IMG/VR virus record: IMGVR_UViG_3300045597_000172
DNA length: 64,000 bases
Strand: one strand, 5' to 3'
Origin: a virus
Lineage: Duplodnaviria > Heunggongvirae > Uroviricota > Caudoviricetes
Position numbers and translations under genes: made by a program. Positions within the stretch are counted from its first letter, which is position 1, and the number at the start of each line of letters is the position of its first letter. Under the pieces are notes generated by a model that worked only from the letters and a program-made list of their open reading frames with translations, made no database searches and had not been told where the DNA came from. Shown one piece after another: positions 49,601 through 58,607 of this stretch.

Positions 49601-50050
49601 ATGGGAATGTATACACATGTTATGTTGAATGTACCGTTGGAAAATGATAAGAAAGACGGTGCGAAATTTATTGAGGATAACCAAGAAGCCGTTAGAAAAA
49701 ATACGGGTCATGGTGTTCACGGTCTTCCGTGGCACATTGCCCAAGCATTGCTTTATCAAGCTGATGATAATGTCTTTTTGAGTGAGTCGAAAATTAGGTA
49801 TAGTAAATACGGTAAAAATGATCCAAAAATGAACCGGATTGTTTTGCTCACGCTAGATGTCAAACTTGAAAATTATGACCAAGAAATCGAGAAGTTTTTA
49901 AAAGCATTGTCGCCTTACATCGTGGGTGATTATCGAGGTGACGAACCGCTGTTTCTCGGAACAACCCAATACGAAGAAGATTTTATGCCAAAGCTGATTT
50001 TCTTCGACAATGATAAGAAAAAAATTGTCTTCAAGACGGTTGCATATTAA
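49601..50050 (+). CDS. Phage-type hypothetical protein
   Basis: MGMYT...KLENYDQEIEKFL.ALSPY, AAAGGAG SD. Confidence 0.75.
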   Translation: MGMYTHVMLNVPLENDKKDGAKFIEDNQEAVRKNTGHGVHGLPWHIAQALLYQADDNVFLSESKIRYSKYGKNDPKMNRIVLLTLDVKLENYDQEIEKFLKALSPYIVGDYRGDEPLFLGTTQYEEDFMPKLIFFDNDKKKIVFKTVAY

Positions 50051-50074
50051 ATTTAAGAAAGAAGGCTGTTTAGC

Positions 50075-50530
50075 ATGTCGCTTAACATCAATGCCTCAAA
50101 ATCAGAGTTGACCCGTTTAGAAAAAGCTGAACTGGTTAACCAATTAGCAATCGGTCTGAAATCTCGCAGTGCGGGTTTTGACGATCTCGATGAGAAATGT
50201 CCAGTCGTTAAACTCCAAAACGGTCTCGAATTGCAATACGTGAAACATGTCGTACCGCTTTACTTGCAGAATACTGAGAACCCGCGCGGTTTTTATGACT
50301 GTTTATGCCAAGTTCGTCGATATGACAAACCGGTCAATGCGTACGGTCAGATCAGCACAAAATGCTTTCTCGGGATGGGCGTATTCTTAGATTCGGATAC
50401 CTTAGAAACCGTGGATACGTTAGCATCTTACGACTTTATTATTGAAAACTTGTCTGAAAAGCAAGTCGAAGAGTTAAAATTGTCGCGTGCCCTACGATTA
50501 GGCATGCTGGAAATGCACCCAGAGCGTTAA
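50075..50530 (+). CDS. Hypothetical protein
   Basis: 151 aa, GAAGG SD. Confidence 0.7.
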   Translation: MSLNINASKSELTRLEKAELVNQLAIGLKSRSAGFDDLDEKCPVVKLQNGLELQYVKHVVPLYLQNTENPRGFYDCLCQVRRYDKPVNAYGQISTKCFLGMGVFLDSDTLETVDTLASYDFIIENLSEKQVEELKLSRALRLGMLEMHPER

Positions 50531-50546
50531 TTAATTAAGTACCAGT

Positions 50547-50597
50547 TGTTCAGGCGGAATATTAGCCGCGTTCCCGGTGCGAACCCGGACTGAACAG
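50547..50597 (+). ncRNA. tRNA-like mini-element lacking an anticodon arm
   Basis: TGTTCAG/CTGAACA stem, GCGG/CCGC arm, CCGG-TGCGAAC-CCGG T-arm-like hairpin. Confidence 0.55.
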
Positions 50598-50647
50598 TCG
50601 TTGTGAAAATTAAGAAATCAATTTAAAATTTGAAAGGAAGTTTTACC

Positions 50648-51061
50648 ATGTTGGAATTAAAAATTCAAGATACTATTTTAGATAAGTTAGACGGTTATGA
50701 TCCAGTCAAAATCAACGGTGAATTGTTTGTGATTAAACATCTTCACCAAGTCGATTCGAACACTGCCAAATTAGAAATTATTACGACAAATCATAACGGT
50801 ATCAAGACCTTAAACGGAAAATATCAAGTTAAAAATGATTATGCCGAAGCCGAAGTTTTAAGCGCTGCTGAATTTGCTGATCTGGCGAGTTTCGGTCAGA
50901 TTGACAATTTGATTACTTTACTAGAACCCAATGATTACGATAAGTTTTTGCAGAACGTCATTGATTTCGGACGGATGTTCGATAATGCGCAATATCGGGT
51001 CATTCAAGTTGCCGCTAACAAAGTGCTCATGAAACTCGTGCGGATGGCAATTGAACCGTAA
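50648..51061 (+). CDS. Hypothetical protein
   Basis: ATG 50648 follows AAAGGAAG. Confidence 0.7.
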   Translation: MLELKIQDTILDKLDGYDPVKINGELFVIKHLHQVDSNTAKLEIITTNHNGIKTLNGKYQVKNDYAEAEVLSAAEFADLASFGQIDNLITLLEPNDYDKFLQNVIDFGRMFDNAQYRVIQVAANKVLMKLVRMAIEP

Positions 51062-51126
51062 TTCGTTTTGTTGTATTTACAAGGAAAAACCCATCTCACG
51101 ATTAAAATATAAAGGAGAGTGTCGTT

Positions 51127-51861
51127 ATGCGTTACGAAACCACCCAGAAGTATTATGTAGAATTATATCAAAAGTACCTTACTAAACACGGAATCATTTA
51201 TGTTAGACAAACATATCAAAATTATAGTGATCAACAAAATTTGATTGACTTGCGTCTTATTGCTGCTAACGGAGGTGTTTTTGCGCATCCCTATACACAA
51301 ATTGTTGACGGTGAATCGGTAAGTGGTTTGCCTTATTTCAGTATTGAAAAACGTGATGTTGACATTAACAGTTCTCACAATCGTGAAGCACTATTAGCAG
51401 ACTATCGAGAATACGAAAGTTTGAATGAATTATTGTATCAAGATGACCCATCTAAAATGTTATCATTTCACGGATATCTTAATAAACATTCTCAAATTGA
51501 TGTTGGTATCTTGACGAAACGCGTTGAAAATCAAAACACGTTAGTCACCCTGCTAAATCCTGCATATTTTCCCGCTAAATTCGGAATCTCAGTTGTTAAT
51601 GTTTTTGAAGAATTTGATTTCAAGGCTTTACAGGTTAATTTAAAAGTTGTTCTCGAAACTAAATCAAAATTAACAACAAACGAATTGCTAGAACTCAGTG
51701 AAAAAATTGATGGTCAAATGTCAGATGGCTGGGGCGAAGAATACGATATTGAAGAAGTTAACGAATTTCATGACGTGAATGGCTGGCAGTATGGTAATAA
51801 ACCAGATAATCCACTAGTGGAATCGACTCATAATCTTTACTATCCAGAAGACAAAAACTAA
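51127..51861 (+). CDS. Hypothetical protein with GQxSDGWGE motif
   Basis: IDGQMSDGWGEEY recalls a motif of Firmicutes ICE/phage accessory proteins. AAGGAG SD. Confidence 0.7.
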   Translation: MRYETTQKYYVELYQKYLTKHGIIYVRQTYQNYSDQQNLIDLRLIAANGGVFAHPYTQIVDGESVSGLPYFSIEKRDVDINSSHNREALLADYREYESLNELLYQDDPSKMLSFHGYLNKHSQIDVGILTKRVENQNTLVTLLNPAYFPAKFGISVVNVFEEFDFKALQVNLKVVLETKSKLTTNELLELSEKIDGQMSDGWGEEYDIEEVNEFHDVNGWQYGNKPDNPLVESTHNLYYPEDKN

Positions 51862-51877
51862 AAGGGAGTTGTTAAAG

Positions 51878-52135
51878 ATGAATCAAACTGTTATTTATAT
51901 CTATGACGCGAATAATTATCAAATCGGAAACCCACTATATCGTTGGCAATTTGCAACGCCCACATTTTATGATTTACAACAGGGTTTCTTGAAACGGTTT
52001 GGTAATCTCGTTTCGGATTATCCACGGATGTTTATGCGTAATCGAGTTCATAAAGCAACTGATTTACCGTCTTTTATTGACGCGTTGAATCGTTCCAAGT
52101 ATTTTCATTTCGAAGTGAATTCAGATTTAAAATAA
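51878..52135 (+). CDS. Hypothetical protein
   Basis: 85 aa, AAGGGAG SD. Confidence 0.65.
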   Translation: MNQTVIYIYDANNYQIGNPLYRWQFATPTFYDLQQGFLKRFGNLVSDYPRMFMRNRVHKATDLPSFIDALNRSKYFHFEVNSDLK

Positions 52136-52150
52136 AGGAGGTGTTTTCAA

Positions 52151-52261
52151 ATGGCAGAAAAAACTTGTCCAGATTGTCATGGTACAGGAATCGATTTCGG
52201 AGATGGCGGTCAATGCGACCGTTGTGACGGAACTGGTGAAATTTTTGAAAAAGATTATTAA
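52151..52261 (+). CDS. 36-aa DnaJ-type CxxCxGxG zinc-finger microprotein (not in ORF track)
   Basis: MAEKTCPDCHGTGIDFGDGGQCDRCDGTGEIFEKDY, AAAGGAGGTG SD. Confidence 0.75.
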   Translation: MAEKTCPDCHGTGIDFGDGGQCDRCDGTGEIFEKDY

Positions 52262-52276
52262 AGGAGGATTTTTAAG

Positions 52277-52651
52277 ATGATTGCGGTTAAAGAAATTAAT
52301 GCACGTATCGTTGCGTTTCCCAATCCAAAATATGATTTGTTACTAACTAACTTGAGCGAAATTGTAACAGCTCGCTATGTTGTTAACGAAGAAGTTCAAG
52401 CAGATCAGCAAATTAAAATTTTAGTGGATACCGCACCTCGTGGCGGTATTCGTGGCGAACGTTTTCGAGAGATGACGCTTCTTGGTGTTAGTCATCAAAT
52501 TAAAGGTTATCGTGCCATCAAGAACGAAGATGTTTCGGAAGTTTTACAAACGATTTTCGATCAAAAGTTACTAAAACTACATGAAACTAATAAAATCCAT
52601 TTATCGTTGTCTGATTGGGCATACGTTAAGTTACATGCAGAGAAAGAATAG
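52277..52651 (+). CDS. Hypothetical protein
   Basis: 124 aa, AAAGGAGG SD. Confidence 0.75.
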   Translation: MIAVKEINARIVAFPNPKYDLLLTNLSEIVTARYVVNEEVQADQQIKILVDTAPRGGIRGERFREMTLLGVSHQIKGYRAIKNEDVSEVLQTIFDQKLLKLHETNKIHLSLSDWAYVKLHAEKE

Positions 52652-52701
52652 AAAAAATATGGTTTCGATTTACGTCATGAATATTTTAAAGTGAAGTAAA
52701 T

Positions 52702-52729
52702 CAAACGGAGCATCCCTCCGTTTTTTATT
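52702..52729 (+). repeat. Repeated hairpin element, copy 4 (diverged loop)
   Basis: CAAACGGAGCATCCCTCCGTTTTTTATT. Confidence 0.75.
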
Positions 52730-52757
52730 TTGTGTCGGCATCTGTCCGGCACTTTTT

Positions 52758-52869
52758 TGTTCCATAGCTCAACGGTAGAGTAGTATGCGGCAGACGACAG
52801 TCCAATAAATCCATGAGAATTGGTCGGACACTGGAAATACCGATGTCGGTTCGAATCCGGCTGGAACAA
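52758..52869 (+). tRNA. tRNA-like gene with intact acceptor, D and T arms and a 50-nt expanded anticodon region (no assignable anticodon)
   Basis: TGTTCCA/TGGAACA, TA, GCTC-AACGGTA-GAGT, GTAT/ATAC, GTCGG-TTCGAAT-CCGGC. No encoded CCA. Confidence 0.75.
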
Positions 52870-52905
52870 TTCAAAAATACAGATATGCGAAAGGATTAGA
52901 TTGCA

Positions 52906-53505
52906 ATGGAATATTATTATGGTCAACCAGATGAAAAAGATTATTTGACAGTTTCAAAACCTTTATCAAAAGAAGAACTTACTCCATTTTTAGAAGAAAA
53001 ACAGCTATTAATCAATGGTAATCTAAATGATCCTGTTCAATTACCGCCCAAAATGAAAGCTCGAATAATCGATTCCTTATATAAAAATCCAGCGAAATTA
53101 GAAGCTGCATGTGACTCAAACAATTGGAAAAACTTGTTTGTATTGATAACAGCGTTGGGTGCAACATACCGTTGTACATCATATATAAAAGTCGAAAACA
53201 ATAATGATTTTACATTATTATTTACCGAAGGTGGAATCAACTATAGACCGTTACATGAAGTCTTTGCGTATGACCAGATAGTATGCCAAGTCAATGAACA
53301 TAAAGTAAGACGAAATAAACCTGCAAAAGTTGACTTAGTGAGTTTTGTATCCAAAGATTTAGACAAAAGTCCAGAAATACGCAATATATACATGGATCAT
53401 GAACATTGTGCTTATCCTCTTGATAAACAAAAAGTTCTTAAATATCAAAAAGCAGATGCGTATTATGCCAGAAATATTCAAATAAAGAAAACGGAGGAAT
53501 TTTAA
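52906..53505 (+). CDS. Hypothetical protein
   Basis: 199 aa, AAAGGA SD. Confidence 0.7.
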   Translation: MEYYYGQPDEKDYLTVSKPLSKEELTPFLEEKQLLINGNLNDPVQLPPKMKARIIDSLYKNPAKLEAACDSNNWKNLFVLITALGATYRCTSYIKVENNNDFTLLFTEGGINYRPLHEVFAYDQIVCQVNEHKVRRNKPAKVDLVSFVSKDLDKSPEIRNIYMDHEHCAYPLDKQKVLKYQKADAYYARNIQIKKTEEF

Positions 53506-53506
53506 A

Positions 53507-54868
53507 ATGTCATTACATGAAGGTTATTTTCCATCAATGAAAGAATTGAAGTTGGATCGTCAAGCTGCTGAGCAGTTTGCGACAGATGCTGAAAAGGAAA
53601 CAGAAAAACAACATAACAAACATGTCTTGTTTGGTCGAAACGTTATTTCACCAACCATGGGCAGTTACGGTGACAGCGATTTGGGTGCGTCGTTACGTAA
53701 TCGTTATCGTGAACTCAACTCACAACTTCAGCAACAAGCTAAATATCTTGAAGACACTTCTAATAAGTTTAAATTATTGGAATATCAATCGAAAGAAGTT
53801 AGCGAAACCGAAATGACTGAATATATGGCCAGTCGTGTTGCATTCGATAATGATCGCCAAAAATTGAGTGAACTCGACGCACTAATCGAACGTGGATTCG
53901 GTTTTGAAGACGTCAATGACGATAACTATCACCGAGCACTGTACAATCCTGATACGTTCTCGTTCTGGTTTCCAAGACTGTTATCTGCGGCTAAAACTCA
54001 GGATTTCTTTAAGATTCCCGCTACGAAATACTTAACGTTACCGCAATCGATTATGCAGTATTTACATCACGATTGGAGTGCCGAAACTAACCGCAAATCA
54101 CGGAGTGCATTGAACAAACTGTTGTTCGATACGTTTGAACTTGACGTTCACAAAGAATACTTCTTCAAAACTGGTTTGTTTTCCGGGAAGTTCGAATTCC
54201 AAAATGCACATATCGATGATCCTGCGGCAATCGGTGATTACCTGCACGTTGTCAGTAACGAAGCCCAAATGGTTGGTGCCGCAGCAAGTAACGACATGGT
54301 TGTTCGTGAATGGATTCCCGATCCAGAAAATCGCCCTACTATTTATGATGGTATGCCGTTACGTACGGAATTCAGAGCATTCATCGATGCTGATTTGCAT
54401 CACGTGATTGATGTAGTCCCGTACTGGAATAATAAAAAAGTTGAAGATACGTTAAACATGATGCACCGTACTCATATCGGAAATCAAAACATGGAACAAG
54501 ATGCAAAAGCCTATATAAAGGCTAAACCGATTCTTGACCGTGAATTTGCCGAAAACAAATCGTTGGTCATGGCAAAATTACAAGACGTTGTCGATAAGTT
54601 GGCATTGTCTGGTTGCTGGAGTCTGGACGTTATGAAATCAGGCGATGACTTTTACTTGATTGATATGGCAACCATGGCTACGAGTGCATTAACTGATACA
54701 GCTGATAAGGAGGCCCTTTTAAACGATATGCTGTTACGTAAATCCAAGAAGTTACCAGCTCAAATGCCATTTGAAACAAATTGGAAATTTGCGGATGATC
54801 CCGAAACGATTATGGACGCCTATGACAAATTACCACAACCGGCTGATCTGAAAAAATTAGAAGATTGA
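53507..54868 (+). CDS. ATP-grasp fold protein (R2K/Cdc123-like, phage/MGE type)
   Basis: FFKTGLFSGKFEF, MVVREWI, TEFRAFID, WSLDVM...FYLIDMA. Confidence 0.65.
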   Translation: MSLHEGYFPSMKELKLDRQAAEQFATDAEKETEKQHNKHVLFGRNVISPTMGSYGDSDLGASLRNRYRELNSQLQQQAKYLEDTSNKFKLLEYQSKEVSETEMTEYMASRVAFDNDRQKLSELDALIERGFGFEDVNDDNYHRALYNPDTFSFWFPRLLSAAKTQDFFKIPATKYLTLPQSIMQYLHHDWSAETNRKSRSALNKLLFDTFELDVHKEYFFKTGLFSGKFEFQNAHIDDPAAIGDYLHVVSNEAQMVGAAASNDMVVREWIPDPENRPTIYDGMPLRTEFRAFIDADLHHVIDVVPYWNNKKVEDTLNMMHRTHIGNQNMEQDAKAYIKAKPILDREFAENKSLVMAKLQDVVDKLALSGCWSLDVMKSGDDFYLIDMATMATSALTDTADKEALLNDMLLRKSKKLPAQMPFETNWKFADDPETIMDAYDKLPQPADLKKLED

Positions 54869-54887
54869 TGTTGCGAATTACGAAAGG

Positions 54888-55190
54888 ATGGTTGACATGA
54901 AAAAAGAAAAGTTAGCCTGTACAATTAACAATCTGGCACAAGACATTTACTTTACCAGTGGGATGCTGCAAAACGCAGATGGCATTTCCGAAACTGTTTT
55001 CAATAGTTTGTTAGTTGCTGATATTGGCGATAGTCGTTGCGTACTGCAAGCAAAACTACACTTACTGCATATCGCAGCGGAATCTATCTCGAATGTTGAT
55101 CCGAAAATCATGCAAAAACTTGCTGAGTTGGATCAAGCCGAATTAACGGATGCTAAATCATCCGTGTTGCCCATTGCACCAAGTTACTAA
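54888..55190 (+). CDS. Hypothetical protein
   Basis: 100 aa, AAAGGA SD. Confidence 0.65.
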   Translation: MVDMKKEKLACTINNLAQDIYFTSGMLQNADGISETVFNSLLVADIGDSRCVLQAKLHLLHIAAESISNVDPKIMQKLAELDQAELTDAKSSVLPIAPSY

Positions 55191-55225
55191 AATAAAAAAA
55201 AAACGATAAAACGGAGGAAATCAAT

Positions 55226-55849
55226 ATGAGTCATTTTTTAGCAGTTGTTATTACAAAAAAACATTTATTAGACGGCGGTCGTCAAGAATTGGAAAAAGCT
55301 TTGGCACCGTATAACGAAGCAACCGAGAATCCAAAATATTTAAAATTCGAAGAAGATGATGACTGTGACGTTGATGAAAAAACAAAACGTCGTGGTTATT
55401 GGACTAATCCCAATGCAAAATGGGACTGGTATCAAATTGGTGGACGCTGGTCTGATTTAATAAAACCTATTTCGAGTGCTGAAATCAGTAATATTGATTT
55501 TTCAGTAAATAAAGATGATTACGCAAAAGCCGCACGTTTCTGGGAAGTTGTAGTTAATCAGTCACCGTTACGAAAGGATGAAGACGAATCCAGTTTCAAT
55601 ACATTTTTCAATGCCGATTATTATCGTAATCGATACGGAACCAAAAAAGTGTTTGCCACAGAACAAGCATCGTTTAGTCCGTTTGCATTAATTGACATCG
55701 ATGGTGTCTGGCACGAAAAAGGTGAAATGGGCTGGTTTGGTATGAATTCCTCTAACAAATCTTCTGCGGCGTCATTCAGAAAACTGTTTAATAAAATCAT
55801 AAAGGAACATCAAACCGATTATCTGACAATTGTTGATTGTCATATCTAA
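55226..55849 (+). CDS. Conserved phage-type protein (NPNAKWDWY family)
   Basis: MSHF.AVVI...LAPYNE...NPNAKWDWYQIGGRWS...WHEKGEMGWFG...TIVDCHI. Confidence 0.75.
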   Translation: MSHFLAVVITKKHLLDGGRQELEKALAPYNEATENPKYLKFEEDDDCDVDEKTKRRGYWTNPNAKWDWYQIGGRWSDLIKPISSAEISNIDFSVNKDDYAKAARFWEVVVNQSPLRKDEDESSFNTFFNADYYRNRYGTKKVFATEQASFSPFALIDIDGVWHEKGEMGWFGMNSSNKSSAASFRKLFNKIIKEHQTDYLTIVDCHI

Positions 55850-55875
55850 TAATAAAAAATAAGGAGATTATCAAA

Positions 55876-56451
55876 ATGAAGAAACTTAAAGACATTACCG
55901 TTACAGTTGCGCAATTAAAAAAGCTAGTCGATGTTTTACCGACTAACTTACCAGATGACAAGACGTTTACTTCACAAGAATTAAAAAGCTTAGTACGTCG
56001 AGGTGTTTACGCACAAACCTTAGCTAACTTACTTGTTCAAACCGAAATGATACAAATTCCATACAATTCAGAAGGCATTTTCGAAAACAACTGGAAAGAT
56101 GGAAAGTTTGATTTAGTACCATATGACCAAATTCGTCGTATCAAGAAAAACGCTAATCTATCGAAGTCTGTTCGGTTAACATCCATACTTGTTAAGATGA
56201 ACGCTTTTCTTAACAGTCTTCAATGTTGGTATACGAACGATTACGTCGGAGAAGAAGACAATTCAATTGAAGAAAGTTTCAATAATTTTAACGATTTAAT
56301 GCAAGACGCTCACGATTGGGTGATTGCTCGTTTACTAAAAGCTGGAGTGTTACGAGATGGTGATCTTGTAGACGGAACACCACTTCGTCAAGAAGATGGA
56401 TATTCGTTCTTTACTGACTTTGGCATTGCAACGATTGCACCATCAAAATAA
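55876..56451 (+). CDS. Hypothetical protein (paralog of 56827)
   Basis: LVRRGVYAQTLANL...DAHDWVIARL. Confidence 0.75.
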   Translation: MKKLKDITVTVAQLKKLVDVLPTNLPDDKTFTSQELKSLVRRGVYAQTLANLLVQTEMIQIPYNSEGIFENNWKDGKFDLVPYDQIRRIKKNANLSKSVRLTSILVKMNAFLNSLQCWYTNDYVGEEDNSIEESFNNFNDLMQDAHDWVIARLLKAGVLRDGDLVDGTPLRQEDGYSFFTDFGIATIAPSK

Positions 56452-56469
56452 TTTAGAGGAGGAACCGTT

Positions 56470-56811
56470 ATGAAATTATTTAAAGTCAGTCCAGACAACT
56501 ATGATTACGATAACTATACCGGCATCGTAGTGGCTGCGCATAACGCAAAGGACGCTGTTAAATTATGTATTAACAAAGCATCCCAGCATTCGATTCATCA
56601 AATCACGGCTGATGATGAGTTCGATTACAAACCCGAAATTGACGATAAGCCAGACATTACGCGTTTCTCAATTGTTGGCAAACATCTAAATCGAACTTAT
56701 TTGACAAACTCGCGTTTTTCTGACGATCAATCACCATTTACCGTTCAGGAAATTGATTTACAAAACATTACAAAGTCACAGAAAATTCTAGCAAGCTACA
56801 ATGCTGGCTAA
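56470..56811 (+). CDS. Hypothetical protein
   Basis: 113 aa, GGAGG SD. Confidence 0.7.
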   Translation: MKLFKVSPDNYDYDNYTGIVVAAHNAKDAVKLCINKASQHSIHQITADDEFDYKPEIDDKPDITRFSIVGKHLNRTYLTNSRFSDDQSPFTVQEIDLQNITKSQKILASYNAG

Positions 56812-56826
56812 AGGGAGAGATTCAAA

Positions 56827-57360
56827 ATGAAAAATGTTAAGATCATTGATACGTCACTCTATAAGTTGGCCGCAGCGATACCTGATGTGTCGTGCTTGAT
56901 TGACAAGACGGAACTGCAAAACAATCCCGTTGCGTTATTTCGGCTTGTTCGTCTGAGCGTTTATAATCAGACGCTTTTTAATTTGGCATTTGGTTTCAAA
57001 CCGAAAATGCCAACCTGTTGTGCGGGCGCTAATGTACAATACGTTAACCGCTTTTTCGAAAATTCCCCGCGACTTGCACAAGTCAGTCCGCAACTAAAAA
57101 ACGTTTTTCTGGATGTTAATCAAAGAGTTGAGCATCTGAAAGATTTCTTAGAAGAATCAGCATATCCTGATCTGGATTACGTCGAGAGTGCAAAACGTGC
57201 TACCAAGATGTTCGCTGACGCGACGGACTGGATGAAAGCTCGGTTAGTTCGAAACGACGTCGTTTCGAACATGAATCAATTTACAAATTGTGATAATGAC
57301 TGTGCCGTGACGTTTTCGGTACGCAAGAACTTTCAGGTAGTCGAAACGATACCTGCATAA
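56827..57360 (+). CDS. Hypothetical protein (paralog of 55876)
   Basis: LVRLSVYNQTLFNL...DATDWMKARL. Confidence 0.75.
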   Translation: MKNVKIIDTSLYKLAAAIPDVSCLIDKTELQNNPVALFRLVRLSVYNQTLFNLAFGFKPKMPTCCAGANVQYVNRFFENSPRLAQVSPQLKNVFLDVNQRVEHLKDFLEESAYPDLDYVESAKRATKMFADATDWMKARLVRNDVVSNMNQFTNCDNDCAVTFSVRKNFQVVETIPA

Positions 57361-57382
57361 TAAAAAGGAGCGTGATCTAAAA

Positions 57383-57559
57383 ATGTATCATGTCGATTAC
57401 TTTGACGAACTCAAATATTTAATTGAAACCGTCAATAAGTATCACGTTACGATTGTGTCAATAACCAAATCAAAATATAGCTACGAATTAGTTTACACTG
57501 GTAAAAAACTTCCGGATAGTAATCCGGACAATCCCTATATCGAGGCTTTTGATTTGTAA
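57383..57559 (+). CDS. 58-aa hypothetical protein (not in ORF track)
   Basis: MYHVDYFDELK..., AAAAGGAG SD. Confidence 0.65.
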   Translation: MYHVDYFDELKYLIETVNKYHVTIVSITKSKYSYELVYTGKKLPDSNPDNPYIEAFDL

Positions 57560-57668
57560 TTAGATGCCGTCACGAGGTTACATTCAGGTGACGTGACGAT
57601 GACCATTCGGGGATGTTTAGATGACTAACTAGCGACCGTAGATTGTTAAAAAAGGAGAGATTCAAAAA

Positions 57669-58277
57669 ATGGAAAATGATAAACTGATTTTAACTAAAGA
57701 CGCATTAATCGAACAAGCAAAACATGCGGTGCCGCTTTTTGGATACGAACACATCCCCGGTGTCGAAATTCGTTTCGATAAACTTGCATTGAAGATTGGA
57801 TTATTCACCGAAGAACAATTCGAAGAAGATGCTTGGGATACAATGAGTAAGTCGTGGCGTAAATGGACACATGATCGTGACTATGACGCTAAGAAAAAGA
57901 TCTTTAGCGATCTTGGATTTAATGTCGTTGGACTCTTTGTTGATTCCAGTAAGTTACTCGAATTTGATTGCAATAATCATTGGGATGAAGACTTTTTGAT
58001 TCAGCAAAAAGATTTATTTATTGTGTCGATTAATAACAACGTTGGCACATATCAATCAATTGACGAAAATGTAATTTTCGTGTTGCAATATCAAACTGAA
58101 AATCGTGGCGAAATTGCTCAGGAAACTGTTGACTATGTAGCTGTTGCTAATGATCGTCAAAGTCAACGCGAACTGTCTAAAATATTCAATCATGGCGAAC
58201 GTATAACCCGTGTCGATAAATATTTAGCTGACAATCAGATTAAGCCCGCAAACGATAAACATTACGAAGCAGAATAA
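57669..58277 (+). CDS. Acidic hypothetical protein
   Basis: 202 aa, D/E-rich, AAAGGAG SD. Confidence 0.75.
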   Translation: MENDKLILTKDALIEQAKHAVPLFGYEHIPGVEIRFDKLALKIGLFTEEQFEEDAWDTMSKSWRKWTHDRDYDAKKKIFSDLGFNVVGLFVDSSKLLEFDCNNHWDEDFLIQQKDLFIVSINNNVGTYQSIDENVIFVLQYQTENRGEIAQETVDYVAVANDRQSQRELSKIFNHGERITRVDKYLADNQIKPANDKHYEAE

Positions 58278-58291
58278 TCGAGGTGTAAAAA

Positions 58292-58513
58292 ATGTTTGGA
58301 CGTCAGAAAGATTCCAAAACGGATGCAAAAAGAGAGTTGGTTAGAAATGCGTATCGTGACCTTTACGATGACGATGATTTATTACCAAACGAACGTGCAT
58401 TAAATGATTTAAGAATGACCAGCGCGATGACGCAAATTAAAAGTATTATTGATAATTCTGAAGCATCCCCTGCTCAGAAAATCATTGCGATTTCCGAGGT
58501 GATTAATGCCTGA
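58292..58513 (+). CDS. Small hypothetical protein
   Basis: 73 aa, GAGGTG SD, terminator 58523-58544 follows. Confidence 0.7.
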   Translation: MFGRQKDSKTDAKRELVRNAYRDLYDDDDLLPNERALNDLRMTSAMTQIKSIIDNSEASPAQKIIAISEVINA

Positions 58514-58607
58514 TGCTGGACGGAACCCGAAAGGGTTCTTTTTTGTTTCGTGACGTTTTGCTGTTAGAATAATTGAAAGATAACTTTTAGAAAGCTGGTT
58601 GATAATT

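Noticed and set aside
52787-52836. Group I intron or a readable anticodon (GCA, CTG or GGA) in the tRNA-like gene
   Set aside because: The insert is far too short for a group I intron. No register gives both U33 and a full anticodon stem.
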